A stretch of DNA of 64,000 nucleotides from Eledone cirrhosa (GCA_964016885.1 OZ024740.1:175522001-175586000), one strand, 5' to 3'. Positions 44,698 through 59,182 are shown, counted from the first letter of the stretch. Made by a program: numbers and translations. Notes: a model not told the origin generated them from the sequence alone.

Positions 44698-44991
44698 CAG
44701 GGGTGTGCAACATATTCCATTGGCGGGCCACTTTTGAACATTGGAACTATTAGGGACATTCATATTTATTAAGCGCTATTCCAAAGATTCTCCACAACTT
44801 CTTTCCATAACATGGAACTGGGAAATTATAATGCAAATAATCCTATCATCAGTGTTAGTATTGGTCAACTAACAGAGAATTGTATTACGGTTACGAAAAC
44901 AAGGTAACAATTAAAAACAGTCATCGCGGGCCACTCTGATTGGTCTGGCGTGCCGGATTGTGGCCCGCGGGCCGTCTGTTGCACGACTCTG
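44698..44991. mobile_element. hAT-type MITE
   Basis: TIRs CAGGGGTGTGCAAC / GTTGCACGACTCTG, subterminal GGCCCGCGGGCC, 8-bp TSD CTCTATAG/CTCTAAAG. Confidence 0.8.
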
Positions 44992-45092
44992 CTCTAAAGT
45001 ATACATCGGCTGATTAGCAAGGATGATTTTAGTCGTCTTGAATGCATGCTGTAATGAGGCTGTTTGCTTGCAAACGAACCGAATATTAATAA

Positions 45093-45460
45093 TAATTGTT
45101 TCTACTATTGGCACAAGGCCAGCAATTATCCCAGTGCATTACTGGTACTCTATTTTATCGACCTCGTAAGGATGAAATGTAAAGTTAAACCCGGCGAGAT
45201 TTGAACTCAGATCGTAAAGGCCCATAACTCTATGATGCAAAGCATAGCGTCCGACCCTCTATTATAATATTATTATTTTGGCAGTATCGGTAGAGGGTCG
45301 GACGCCATGCTTTCCAGCATAGTTACGTCCCTTTACGATCTGAGTTCAAATTCCGCCGAGGTTGACTTTTCCTTTCATCCTTACGGGGTCGATAAAATAA
45401 AGTACCAGTAATGCACTGAGTAATTGCTGGCCTTGTGCCTAAAGTAGAAACAATTATTAT
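45093..45460. mobile_element. Head-to-head pair of family 1 SINEs
   Basis: Minus copy 45093-45262 and plus copy 45279-45460. Confidence 0.85.
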
Positions 45461-45619
45461 TCATCCACGAATGCATATAAGTAAACAATTTTCCAGTTAT
45501 ATATGTCAAACGTCATATATAAATACACATATTAAAAAAGTCTACTGCTATCAGTCACAATCGAGTATGACTTGGTAGTGTCTAGATTATTATCATTGTT
45601 GGAAATACCTTCTTTATCG

Positions 45620-45990
45620 AAATGGTTAACTGGGTTTGCATCTTCTTTTTTACGGCAAGAATAACTTATCATAATATTTGTCGGAAAATGAAAAGAAATT
45701 AAATTTAGAAAAGCTTTGACAATATTTTTTCGTACTTTTATACTGAAAATTAGATTTTCCAAATTTTTTGGTTCATTTTATGTCGGATAATGTTAGAGAA
45801 AATTGTGTATTTTACTTTATAAATGAAGCTACTATTACAAAGAGCATTATTACAATAATAACAAGTATTAATTCTTATAACCTCAACTGAATATAACGAT
45901 ATAGGTTTATGAATATTAAAGATTAAATTTCGAAGAATATTCAGTGTGTGGTTGGAATTCTTATTCATGCAAAATTTATTTCATTTGGTT
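45620..45990 (-). pseudogene. Highly decayed Penelope-like RT thumb fragment
   Basis: KNSNHTLNILRNL.. and KVRKNIVKAFLNLISFHFP..ISYSC, homologous to the 38083 ORF. Confidence 0.6.
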
Positions 45991-46263
45991 CTCGATAAAG
46001 CGACATTTATTCGTATTTAGATATGAAGTAATGTACAAAATATGGACTATAGTAAAATGAGTTTTAGCTGTAATTTGTAAGCATATTTCATTAAATAATT
46101 TTATGGCGTCTTTTCCATATCTATTTAATTCATGTATGGGTTCGTAACACTCAATGGAATCGTAGGCGTATCTTGGGCTTTTTCAAACAAGTTGGAATCC
46201 ATCCCCTCACTAGGAATGAACACAGCCGATTCCTCCCAGAAAAAGAGAGAGAAAGAGAAGGAG

Positions 46264-46320
<57 letters not shown>

Positions 46321-47430
46321 TGTGCGTGTGTGTGATACGAAGCGAAAATAAGATAACGATGAAGAGTCGACTCCAGTGCTATTTCTTTTATTGATCCCGA
46401 AAGGATGAGACGCAATGTTGACCTCGATGTCATTTGAACCCAGAGAGCTGGAACAAATACTACAAACCATTCTATCCGACAGTCTAACGACTCTGTCAAT
46501 CCCCCGCGTTGACCATTAATATTACGTGAGACAAAATGGTCATCATTTCTGTATAAATCTCCATGCAAAATAAAAAATACTTTATAGGAAAGATTCAAGT
46601 AATTTCGCATAATTCTGCGATACCATCGTATAATATCACGGAAACCGCAACCAAAAGAAAATGGATTCCCATGCGCGCGTAAATAACTTAATGTCAAATG
46701 CACTGATGCATATGGTTTGGTTGGCGAAATCTGTAACTGTGAGGTGTTTAGTTATGGAAGTGTAAAAATCTACTGCAACTAAATAGTAGATCAAATCATT
46801 CTGTCTGGTCGTAATTGGGTACTGTGTTTGCCGTACACAAGGTTTCTTGCGGAGTCATATTGCATTTATTTACTCTTTCGTGAGGCTGCTTGCTTATTTC
46901 GGCCAGCATCATTAAGATACCAACCAAATAGAAAAAGGAGAGTGCACAATTATACGTTAATAGTGAGAGAAATGATTTCACGTGGGTAGAGAATTTATAT
47001 ATATACACACCATTAAAGCGCTTATATAAGTGCTTTGTGCGCATGCGCGAAATATGTGACATATTTAAAAGGAATGATATGCTTCTTTTACTGCTGATCT
47101 ATCCATCTTAGCATTGGCAGCAACGAAAGAATATAGATAATTATATGCATATTATGTATGCATATAAAATAAGCTTCATCGATTAGTAACAAGTGTTATG
47201 TAATATATTTTATATAGATATATGCATCTAAATTGATTGTAGGAATCAAGTCAAACGATTTGTATGGCTTATGACATAGGAAATGCTAACAGAGAAGTTA
47301 GTTTCCGACGTGCCATGTATATGAAGCTTCTTAAACCCTCTATTTATCTTTGTTATATATATATATATATACAGATAGTTAAAGAATGAAGAGTAACATG
47401 GTTGGCTGTACAACAAGGGCTTTATTTAAA

Positions 47431-47536
47431 GTACTGACTTTCGTTGATCAGGTGAGTCTAGAGTTCGCTAATCGCTTGAGGTTGCGTCATTCGATCTCCA
47501 TTACATTATTTACCTCTGGTCAACACATCAGAGTAC
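47431..47536 (-). ncRNA. Hammerhead with ~85-nt stem II and vestigial stem III (A9>U) in element 47372-47853
   Basis: GTACT-CTGATGT-GTTGA..TCAAC-GAAAGTC-AGTAC. Confidence 0.65.
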
Positions 47537-48123
47537 GTAGATATGAAAGTAATTCACTCGAGGCAAGACTTATATAGAAAAATAGCGTATAATCAAAACA
47601 ATAACAACAATAATAAAATAGCGTATAATCGTCAGTACTTTAATAAACCCCTTATTGTACAGCCAACCATGTTACTCTTCATTCTTTAACTATTATTACT
47701 CCAAGTAAAACCTGCATAGAAATTATCGCGAACTCGCTGCATAACTATGGAAGCATCTTGTTGAGTCAAACAAAGCCGTACGTTAAAACTATCCACGACG
47801 CAGAGTATTCACAACCTCTAACTGGATTACGTATAACGACAACTTGTTATCCCATATATATATATATATATTTTAAAAAGTAAACAGAGAACAAAAAACA
47901 GAAAAACGAAGAGGCAATATATCAAATTAATTAACGGAGTTAAAAACTCACATTAATCCCCCATTATTTAAGGAGCTCGAGGAATATATATTCCGGGCTC
48001 TTTATAAATCAACGTATAGAGAGAAGTACATATAGAGTTATGTGTTGAATCAGAGGGGATTGAACACATGTCTCTATGTGTACTTCTCTCTATATCTTGA
48101 TTTATATATAAATGTATATATAT

Positions 48124-48213
<90 letters not shown>

Positions 48214-48414
48214 TATGTATACGTACATACATATATGTATACAGACGTACAGTAGTATGTATATATATACATGCATGCACATATATATATATGTACGTAT
48301 GGATTTACCGAACATTTATTATAATGCTCGGTGTGTTTGTAAACAAACATCCCGTATTAAGCCGTACAGTGTCTAGCAACCATCATTGCCCTTTTGTTCA
48401 ACACTGACAAAGGA

Positions 48415-48457
48415 ACGCTGTACTAGTTTCAAGCTTATTAGATATCGTCAGCACCGT
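48415..48457 (-). ncRNA. Minimal hammerhead (family B)
   Basis: ACGGTG-CTGACGA..GAAACTAGTA-CAGCGT. Confidence 0.75.
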
Positions 48458-48615
48458 ATACCTTCCTGCCAGATGATTGATCATTTTTTCCGTTTATCGT
48501 TTTCGATGTGCCCGGCCGATTAACTCACTCGATATGCAAATTAGGCTGCTCAGCCGTTAATATGCATAAGGAAAGTATATACTTTCAGACGTTCAATCAT
48601 CTGGCAGAAAGGTAT

Positions 48616-48658
48616 ACGGTACGGACGATAGCTAATAAGCTTGAAACTAGTACATCGT
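48616..48658 (+). ncRNA. Degenerate hammerhead (family B, U4>G)
   Basis: CGGACGA-TAGCT/AGCTT-GAAACTAGTA-CATCGT. Confidence 0.6.
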
Positions 48659-48921
48659 TCCTTTGTCAGTGTTGAACAAAAGGGCAATGATGGTTGCTAG
48701 ACACTGTACGGCTTAATTCGGGATGTTTGCTTACAAACACATCGAGCATTATAATAAATGTTCGGTGAATCCATACGTACATATATATATATATGTGTGC
48801 ATGTATGTATATATACATACTACTGTACGTCTGTATGCATATATGTATATACGTATACATACTTATATTTAAGTAACAGCCGTACTAAGAGTGAGCAATT
48901 AAATTTCGTTTCATTTATACC

Positions 48922-48977
<56 letters not shown>

Positions 48978-49985
48978 GTGTGTATATATATATATATGTG
49001 TTTGTGTGTGTGTGTGGTTCAAGGAGACACAGTTTCAGAAAGTCTTATTAGTTTCACGCTTTATACGGAAAAGAGGAAAGAAATTCTATGTGTCGGGCTT
49101 AAGCCCTTTTTCAGGAGTACAAAATAGACAGGATCACAAAGGTGAAACAGAAAAAAGGTTCAAGTAAAGAAAAAAATTGAAAATGAAGATTGAAAACATG
49201 ACAAACCGTTAGATGATCTTAGTAACGAGTTGGAACACAAAACGGAGTGTGGGTATTAGTGTCGTTAATTGTGTGAGTTTAAGTGTATGTTTAAATGTGT
49301 GTGATTTTTAAAGATATATTGAGTAAAGTCTCAAAGATAGTGTGGTAATGGACAAGTATGTATGAGTGAACGTAAATTTGAATTTGTGTACGGTATATGT
49401 GCGTTGAAATAATTTTATGTGTGTAAAATATGTGGCAGTGTTGGCCTATGCCACTGATATGTGTGGATTTCTGTGTGAGTGTATGATTAAATTTTAACGT
49501 GTATATGTATGTTGAAGTTTATAATGTGTACGTGTAAAGTATCTAATTGTGATTTGTATGTAAGCGTGTATGTATTAAAGAAAATGTGTCATAGGATAAA
49601 GGAAATATGTCTATTCTGTAATAGAAAGTATATGACAGAGCAGATTAAAGGAAGATGGGTGACGCATTAAGGTAAGGCGGAAGAAAGGTTTGTAACGAGA
49701 ACATAAGCTGCTATTCTCTCTGCCAGCGTGAGTCATAGGGTCGGGCACAATATGAAAGCCAGAAGACACTGAGGTGGTGTACACACATATATACATAAAT
49801 GCATACATGTCTCTATGTATTTATGAATTTATGCTGTAAGAGTTTGCACGTATGCGAGGGAAGGGCACTGTGTTTTGCCGAAGGATATGTTGTAGTCAAA
49901 AATAAATATCTATCTATCTACTACCCTAAGTATTGAGTACTCTGGTGCGTTATGGTCCACCTGGTTCCTTACCACACTTCCTTCG

Positions 49986-50059
<74 letters not shown>

Positions 50060-50306
50060 GTAATCTGAGTTTTTCCAATATTAATAATTGTTTCTACTTT
50101 AGGCACAAGGCCAGCAATTATCCCAGTGCATTACTGTTACTTTATTTTATCGACCCCGTAAGGATGAAAGGCAAAGTTAACCTCGGCCGGATTTGAACTC
50201 AGATCATAAAGGGACGTAATAATGACATTCGATTAACAAGCCTAATTTTTATAGCCATGTAAGAAGAATGAACTCTCATTGTTGCTCTTGTGTTGGCATG
50301 TAAACA

Positions 50307-50357
50307 GAACTGCAGGCACTAATGTTTCTGGGTATCCTCCTTCATCAGTAGGAGCTC
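50307..50357 (-). ncRNA. Hammerhead (inverted copy of 50483; U16.1 mutated)
   Basis: CTGATGA..GAAACATTAGTGCC-TGCAGTTC. Confidence 0.6.
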
Positions 50358-50482
50358 ACTGTTCACCTGCCAACTGTCAGATCAGCCAGTCTGCTAATAT
50401 GCAAATCAGGCCGATCAGTCACTGTATATTTTAGAAAATAGCATATATTTTCACTAGCTCTGACAGTTGGCAGGTGAACAGT

Positions 50483-50531
50483 GAGCTGTACTGATGAAGG
50501 ATGATACCCAGAAAATTGGTGTCTGCAGTTC
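50483..50531 (+). ncRNA. Hammerhead ribozyme in foldback 50055-50690
   Basis: GAGCTGTA-CTGATGA-AGG..CC-GAAA..GTC-TGCAGTTC (8-bp stem I). Confidence 0.75.
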
Positions 50532-50683
50532 TGTTTACATGCCAACAAACACAAGAGCAAGAATGTAGAGTTCATTCTACTGACATGGCTATAAAAATGA
50601 GGCTTGTTTGCATAATTGCAAACAACTCAGATTACATTTATTGTATTCAGCCATGTAGAGCGAAAATTTTCTTTATATATATA

Positions 50684-50794
<111 letters not shown>

Positions 50795-51281
50795 CGAGAG
50801 AAAGTGAGAGCGAGAGAAAAGCCAGTAACGTGTTGAAATAGACAGATTATTCAATATCATACAAATTGCTAAATTCTAAGTTGAAAGAAGAGAGGGTTAA
50901 GAATATGAGGAAGGATCTTCCATTAGTTTCGACGATCAACAGAACGTCCAATTCTTAAACAAAGTTGTAAATGGACAAGGCTGGACACTTGAATTACAAC
51001 TAAAATTCCTTTAATGGGCTTACACAAAGTTTCCGTCCACCTAGTTTCATTCACGAGGCTATGGTTAAAAAAAAAAAAATAACTTCTATGAGGTGGAAGG
51101 TAATGGGGCGGAAACCAAGTCTTCAACTATGCCAGAGTCCACAAGTAAATATATACGTTGAAGTAGTTAAATATATAAGTTAATTAATAAATAGATAAAC
51201 GACAAAATGAGTAGTTAAGAAATTAGAGATTGCTTTTGTCGTCGACGTGGTCGGCATCATCATCATCATCAACATCATCAA

Positions 51282-51317
<36 letters not shown>

Positions 51318-51599
51318 CACCACTCAACACCGTCATCACCATCACCATCACCATCAACAGGATTCATTGTGAATCATTAAGGCGATAAATTGGGAATATC
51401 TGCATGATATAAATTTAATTTAAAAAGTAGGTTAATGTATAACTTATTTAATTAATAAAAGTCATATTAACACTTAACTGAGTATGAATTCCTGGAAGAT
51501 ATAGATAAATAACTGAATAAATAAAATAATATACGGGTGGAGATATAGAGTTCATATACCTTTATATATTGATATTCATCATCATTCACATCATCATTA

Positions 51600-52330
51600 T
51601 AGTCGTGGTGGTGGTGGTGATGGTGGCGGTGGTGGTGGTGGTGGTGATGGTGGCGGTGGTGGTGGTGGTGGTGGCGGTGGTAGTGGTGGTAGTGGTGGTG
51701 GTGGTGGTAGTAGTAGTGGTGGTGGTGGTGGTGGTGGTGGTGGTGGTGGTGGTGGTGGTGATGGTGGTGGTGATAGTGGTGGTGGTGGTAGTAGTAGTGG
51801 TGGTGGTAGTGGTGGTGGTGGTGGTGGTGGTGGTGGTGGCAGTGGTGGTGGTGGTGGTGGTGGTGGTAGTAGTAGTGGTGGTGGTAGTGGTGGTGGTGGT
51901 GGTGGTGGTGGTGGTGGTGGTGGTGATGGTGGTGGTGGTGGTGATGGTGGTGGTAATGGTGGTGGTGATGGTGGTGGTGATAGTGGTGGTGGTGGTAGTA
52001 GTAGTGGTGGTGGTAGTGGTGGTGGTGGTGGTGGTGGTGGTGGTGGTGGCAGTGGTGGTGGTGGTGGTGATCGTCGCCGTCATCGTCCTCGTTGTCATCG
52101 TTGTCTCCACAACTAGCGCCACCCCAACGAAGATGACACCCCCTCCCTCCCTACCACACCAATACCGTTCCTACCTCAAATCACTGCCGCCGCATCTGCC
52201 ACCACAACAACCACCACCACTACCACCACCACCACCAACACCACTACCACCACCACCACCATCTGCCACCACAACTACCACCACCACCACCACCACTACC
52301 ACCACCACTACCAACACAACTACCACCACC

Positions 52331-52361
<31 letters not shown>

Positions 52362-52780
52362 CCACTACCACCACCACTACCAACAACACTACACCACCAC
52401 CACCACCACCACCACTACCACCACCAACACCACTATCACCACCACCACCAACACCACCACCACCACCACCACCACCACCACTACCACCACCACTACCACC
52501 ACCACCACCACTACCACCACCACCAACAACACCACCACCACCACCACCACCACCACCACTACCACCACCACCACCACCACCATCACCACCACCACCACCA
52601 TCTGCCACCACAGCTACCACCACCACCACTACCACCACTACCACCACCAACACAACTACCACCACCACCACCACCACCACCACCACCACCACCACCACCA
52701 CCACTACCATCACCACAACTACCACCACCACCATCATCGTCATAATGATCACCACTACAACTACCAACATCATCATCATC
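51600..52780. repeat. (GGT)n tract followed by inverted (ACC)n tract
   Basis: 51600-52070 GGT-rich; 52190-52780 ACC-rich. Confidence 0.9.
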
Positions 52781-53210
52781 GTGATCCAGTGGCAATTGTT
52801 AAAGCTTTAGATATGTAACAACCGTAGAATGTAATGCAATGTAAGGTGAACGGACTGATAATACAAACTGTGATGCAACCGACTGTCTAACGGCCACCAT
52901 ATACTGTACAGCATTTAAACCATTAAGAATATATAACAATATATTGTGGTTTTAAGTTGAATTATTAAAATATCTTCTAGGAACGATCGACCTTCGTCAA
53001 ATCGGACTGAGGAAACAATGTTTCCGTTGGTCTTTCCAATTGCTAATACTATCTATCGGTCGCAACTCCAGGTGCAACGTGAAATAAAGTGTCTTGCTCA
53101 AGGACATAACGCATCGCCTGGTCCAGGAATCGAACTCACAACCTCACGATTGCGAATCCAATTCTCTAACCCCTCAGCCACACGCCTTCACTTATTAAAA
53201 TATACATATA

Positions 53211-53399
53211 CGCAAATCGGCTGAAAAGTTCATAGGCTGACCAAGATAATTTCTTGGAATGACCAAATGAGGTTTATTTTTCAATATAGTCCCTGGAAAG
53301 AAACAATTCTTTTATTGCTAAGAAGGGCTAAAATTAATGCATACAAGCACTAGCATCACTCCTTCGTAGTCAGCCTATGAACTTTTCAGCCTACCCTCG
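53211..53399. mobile_element. Mariner-type MITE
   Basis: TIR GGCTGAAAAGTTCATAGGCTGAC / GTCAGCCTATGAACTTTTCAGCC; TA at both ends. Confidence 0.75.
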
Positions 53400-53588
53400 T
53401 ATCTCACCTACTAATCACCTACGGTTTTGAGTTGCTTTATACCTTGGATATCTTTACAAGTATATATATATTGACATACCCTTAAAGAATGCGACCATTT
53501 CTGTTAGAAGCTCCCGGATAGTTCCAACAGAAATGGTCGCATTCTTTAAGGGTATGTCAATATTTATTTATAAAACTGCTCTATATTA

Positions 53589-53653
53589 TATTTTATCTGA
53601 TGAAAGCACACCATAATTTAACTTGGTATCCTTGAAATATGTATAATGAAATA
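53589..53653 (+). ncRNA. Type I hammerhead ribozyme
   Basis: TATTTTAT-CTGATGA-AAG..CTT-GAAATATGTATA-ATGAAATA; AAG/CTT covaries with AGG/CCT at 43678. Confidence 0.82.
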
Positions 53654-53782
53654 AATATGGTTTTATAAATATAGTTTCCATTTGTTAATATATCGTATTT
53701 TTACTCCAATAATTTGTTGAGGGCTTTATATCAGTTATAAAAATAATTGCTTGTTGTATCCCAACAATTTAAATAGAACTTC

Positions 53783-53878
<96 letters not shown>

Positions 53879-54050
53879 TATAGGAAAAGAGTCAGGATCC
53901 CGACGGCTGAGGTCCGCACGTTTCTCCGACCATTTACGGTCGGAGAAACGGACCTGAAACGGCTGGAGCTCATCTGTCGGGTCCTAACTACAGTAAGTAT
54001 TGAGTACTGTGGTGCGTTATGGTCCACCTGGTATCTTACCACTCCCTCTT

Positions 54051-54087
<37 letters not shown>

Positions 54088-54167
54088 GATAAGCAGAACA
54101 AGTAAAATTCAATTAATTTTTCAAAATACATTAAAAAATATAATATAAATATTTACCTCTTCTAGTG

Positions 54168-54249
54168 GCCCTTACTGATCAGTTTCGCTTTGTAAAACCT
54201 CATAAATCCGATGGATTTATGATGGAAAACCAAAGCTCATCAGAGAAGC
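54168..54249 (-). ncRNA. Type I hammerhead ribozyme in element 54081-54601 (36-bp terminal direct repeat)
   Basis: TTCT-CTGATGA-GCTTTG/CAAAGC-GAAACTGATCAGTA-AGGG. Confidence 0.82.
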
Positions 54250-54717
54250 ATTTTCCCTTCCTAGGGCTAAACGTCCCAGGAACGACAAAATATACAACCT
54301 CCTGCCAGCTAATAAAGGTCTGAAAGGTCGTAAAATTGACCCGTATGTAAACTGGACCGAAGTAAAAGCGGGAAAATCAAAGACTTGCTGTCTACAATTA
54401 CTACTAAAAAAATAGCAGCCAAGTAGAGCAACAGGGTTGTTCTCAACGGACGGAGAAAAAGGTAGAAGTTAATATGTCCAGGGATACTAGGTACCCCTAG
54501 AAATACATAGGTTGTCTATGATTCAAGGTTGTTCAATGGTGTTAATTTGATACACCAGAACTTTAATATTAAGATAAGCAGAACAAGTAAAATTCAATTA
54601 AATATATATATATATATATATGTAGGAGGTGAGTTTTATTGTAGTACAATAAAGCAATGCAGATATCGGATAAGAAGCACTCTACAGTTTGTGGGACTGG
54701 AGTATGCATAATGATCT

Positions 54718-54832
<115 letters not shown>

Positions 54833-55388
54833 TAATATATATTTATTAATTAATTAATTATTTATATATTCATATAACTGTAGTAAAGGATGAGACGGTG
54901 TAAGTCATGAATTTACAAATGTCAGATAAAGCAACAACAACAACACTAACATCATGAAGTTTATGTTTTCTAAAATATGCTGTGGAGGTTTTAATGGAGC
55001 ATGGCTACAAACCGAAATTTAAAACTTTAGAAATATATTTAAAGGAAAATTAAAATAAAACAAATGCAAGTGTATAATAGGGTAATTTTTATTTCAAACT
55101 TTATTAAAATAATTCAACATGTTGTTTCATTTCATGTGTATGTGCAAGCATAAATACCAGCAACCTATCTGTATATATGTAGGAGAATATATGTCTGGGC
55201 AATGTGGGAGAAAGCTATTTAACGTGCAGAACCTCAGGTACAAGCCGCCATGGTGTCAGTGGACAGTGGCAGTAACAAATAAAGAACAAATAAATAAGTT
55301 GGAGAATAGCGTAATAGAAGAATATGTAGATATGAGAAGACGGAAAGGACAAGCCACGAAGAGAGAGTAAGTGGAATTTCAAAGACGT

Positions 55389-55573
55389 AATCATTGTTTC
55401 TACTTTTGGCACAAGGCCAGCAATTATCCCATTACATTACTGGTACTTTATTTTATCGACCCCGTAAGGATGAGAGAGGCAAAGTGAACCTCGGCGGGAT
55501 TTGAACTCAGACCATAAAGGGGCGTAACTCTATGCTGCAAAGCATGGCGTCCGACCTTCTACCGATACTGCCA
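55389..55573 (-). mobile_element. SINE family 1
   Basis: Near full-length reverse-complement copy. Confidence 0.85.
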
Positions 55574-56167
55574 AAGAGGAAATAATGACAGAAGCAAATT
55601 AGACGGGACAGAGAATTTGGGTGAAAAGGTTATTTATGAGAATGATTGGATTGACATGTATTTAAGTATAGACCCATGATACTAACAATATCATGTTTTT
55701 TTAAATTAAATGGAACAGATGGTTTCCAACGGTTGGACTGAAACTGTTAGTGGGGACTCTGACTGTCAGGAGCGTACTTCTGCCTTCTCTAGGATATTTA
55801 GTCTTTATTGTCTATTGATTTTATGTTCTATTTACTTATTTATTTTTATATATCCTGGGATTTATGAGGTATCAACGATTCCATGAAGGAGTCGATGGTC
55901 GAGGGTCGAGGGTTTCTTGTTCTAATAGTTCCGCAAAACAAATGATGCAATATTTATCAATCTCGGAAGAACGAAATAACTAGCTGAACCTATGGAAAGT
56001 CCACGACTTAATTAACAACATGCTCGAAGTGTTGAAGATCAAGATGACATTTTAAATGTATTTATATAGGTACAAATAACAAAATCCTCTAAGATTAAAA
56101 AGAAATAGTGTTGCTGTCACTGACACCACTGCCGACGTTGTCCCCACCACCATCAACATCACAACCA

Positions 56168-56239
<72 letters not shown>

Positions 56240-56774
56240 TTCATTCTCTCTCTTTCTTTCTCTCTACTCTCTCTCTCTCAAACACACACACACACACACA
56301 CACACATAGCCACACACACACATAAACACACACATACTCATTCACGAACTCTTATCATCTCCTTTTCAGCGAGATCGTCGTTTTACACGTACTATACAAT
56401 AGTTTAATATAATAGCTATTTTCTATTTCTGCATATTTGCTAAACACCCCCGCTAATTCATCCGTTGCGAATTTTATCACTAACCAGATTTTGTCACATG
56501 AAATATTCCGAAGACAATCATTATATTTCATACATTTCTTATACACATTCAAATCTACACATACGCACATACACACACATATACACATACATACATACAT
56601 AAACACACTCGCTCACACGCACATACACACGAACACAGAGGTACACATACATGCACAAAACCAATCACACACGCATATACATATAAACACGCGCACACAT
56701 ACATACACACGCCTACATTAGCTTCATTCCTCCTATTGTTATTTTCACGTTTTTACGATATTGCATTCATTTCC

Positions 56775-56862
<88 letters not shown>

Positions 56863-56992
56863 CTTCTCTCTCTCTCTCTCTCTCTAGTATTCCTAAATTT
56901 CCTGATTACTCGTTCTTTCTCATTTATGTAGTCATATTTCAAACTGTTTATTTGCCTGTTTATCTGCATCTTCCTCCTTCATCTCTTCCAAT

Positions 56993-57085
<93 letters not shown>

Positions 57086-57276
57086 TTTAGGAACGATCGA
57101 CTTTCGTCAAATCGGACCGAGGAAACAATGTTTCCATTGGTCTTTCCAATTGCTAATACTATCTATCGGTCGCAACTCCAGGTAGAAGGATCAACGTGAA
57201 ATAAAGTGTCTTGCTCAGGGACATAACGCAACACCTGGTCCGGAAATCTAACTCACAACCTCACTATTGCGAACCC

Positions 57277-57312
<36 letters not shown>

Positions 57313-57411
57313 ATTTCTGTTTATGAAGCTGTTTATTTCACTATCTCTACTTCCATCTCATATTATATTAAATAAAATTATATTATATGTTATATGTATG
57401 ATTTAATATAT

Positions 57412-57443
<32 letters not shown>

Positions 57444-57758
57444 ATATATATATATATATATTATATATATATATTATATATATGTATATTATATATATAT
57501 ATATTATATATATATATATTATATATATATATTATATATATGTATTATATATATATATATTATATATATATATATTATATCTATGTGTCAAACATTCATA
57601 GCTTGAGCATTTATATGACTTCCTACTGCAGCTGAGAGTTGGTAAAGGAAAAAAGTGAGTAAAGAAGATCTTAAGAAAGGTACAGAGAATTAATGAGGAA
57701 TGGAAAACTGAAAAGATTAGAGAAGAGGAGAGAGAAAGTGGGAAAGTGAGATCAATAG

Positions 57759-57795
<37 letters not shown>

Positions 57796-58056
57796 TGATA
57801 ATAGGAAGGAATATATTCAAATATACATGATGTCTACAAGTAGTAAGTTGAATTATCGTGCTCATTAATGCACACTTATACACATATATACTCGCACCCC
57901 GCCTATATATATAATAATGATAATAATAATATTAATAATAATAATAAACATTAATCTGATATTTATATATATACTATTACTTCTAAATATAAGAAAGCTA
58001 ACACCTATTACTTCTACATATAAGAAAGCTAACCCTATGCAGCAGAATCTTCCCAC

Positions 58057-58119
<63 letters not shown>

Positions 58120-58160
58120 TTAAAATATAAGTATTAATAAAATAGATGTTCTTTTGATCA

Positions 58161-58223
58161 ATTACATTTTATTATACATATTTCGGAGATACAACAGTAC
58201 GTCCTCTTCAGACAAAATATAAT
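58161..58223 (-). ncRNA. Hammerhead ribozyme (left arm of foldback 58113-58475)
   Basis: CTGAAGA version of 58319. Confidence 0.82.
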
Positions 58224-58318
58224 GATATATGACATACCCTGAGATCTTAAATGGTTAAGATTTAATCAAGGTAAATTAAATCTTGACCCTTTTAACATCT
58301 CAGGGTATGTCATGTATC

Positions 58319-58381
58319 ATTATATTTTGTCTGATGAGGACGTACTGTTGTACATCCGAAATATGTATAATAAAATGTAAT
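58319..58381 (+). ncRNA. Type I hammerhead ribozyme
   Basis: 12-bp stem I ATTATATTTTGT/ATAAAATGTAAT, CTGATGA, GGA.GTAC/GTAC.TCC, GAAATATGTATA. Confidence 0.88.
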
Positions 58382-58489
58382 TGATCAAAAGACCATCTAT
58401 TTTATTAATACTTATATTTTAATATTAATAACTCCTGAATATTATTTTCCGTTGAGTGCTTCCAATCTACTGTAAAACTCGAGTCGGAA

Positions 58490-58876
58490 AGGACATTAGA
58501 GGAGACTGGGTACTGCGCCACGATAACGCACCTGCTTACACATCACTTTCAATTAGAGGATTTCTGAAAATGTTCTTCTATGTCCTCCCTACAGCCCAGA
58601 TCTAAGCTCCGCGTGATTTCTACCTCTTCCTTGATTTGAAATCGAATTTGAAGGATCATCATTTTGTGACTGGAAAATATACAAGAAATTGTAACCAACA
58701 AGTTAAGGACACTCAAAGAAAATGAATTCCCTTGCTGCTGTTATCAATGGAAAATTTTTGGAAACATCGTGTGTTTGGAAACATCGTATTTTGAAGGAAA
58801 TAACTTTAATTTCATGTACATCTAATATACGTTTAAATAAAACATCAACACCCTTACTTTTGAGAGAAACCTCGTA
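58490..58876 (+). mobile_element. Mariner transposase 3' fragment
   Basis: WVLRHDNAPAYTS and PPYSPDL motifs; terminus CCTCGTA. Confidence 0.8.
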
Positions 58877-59137
58877 CAAGCCTACATATTAGATATGTGT
58901 ATATATTTATACATGTTGGTGCCGTCTCGTTTACACAATCTATATTTACACAGATATAACTTTATCATAAACTTAGGCTGCTAGTGCACGTCTTACTGTA
59001 TAACTGACATAATTACTAACATGGACGCTAATTATATGCAAATTGGTAAGTCCATTTCAGAATAATAATAATAGTGGGAATGGATATATATACCCATGAA
59101 ACACATGTTTCCTTGTGGTTGATTGGATGATATACAG

Positions 59138-59182
59138 GTCTTCTGATGAGGGTCTAAATAGATCCGAAAATCAATTAAAGAT
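59138..59182 (+). ncRNA. Minimal hammerhead between direct repeats 58881/59241
   Basis: GTCTT-CTGATGA-GGGTCTA/TAGATCC-GAAAATCAATTA-AAGAT. Confidence 0.8.

Larger units (their letters stand above)
48210..48925. mobile_element. Family B foldback
   Basis: Inverted arms 48210-48483 / 48592-48870. Confidence 0.8.

Noticed and set aside
51569-52810. 413-aa polyV/T/P ORF as a mucin/extensin-like gene
   Set aside because: Entirely trinucleotide repeat, non-ATG start, equally open on the opposite strand
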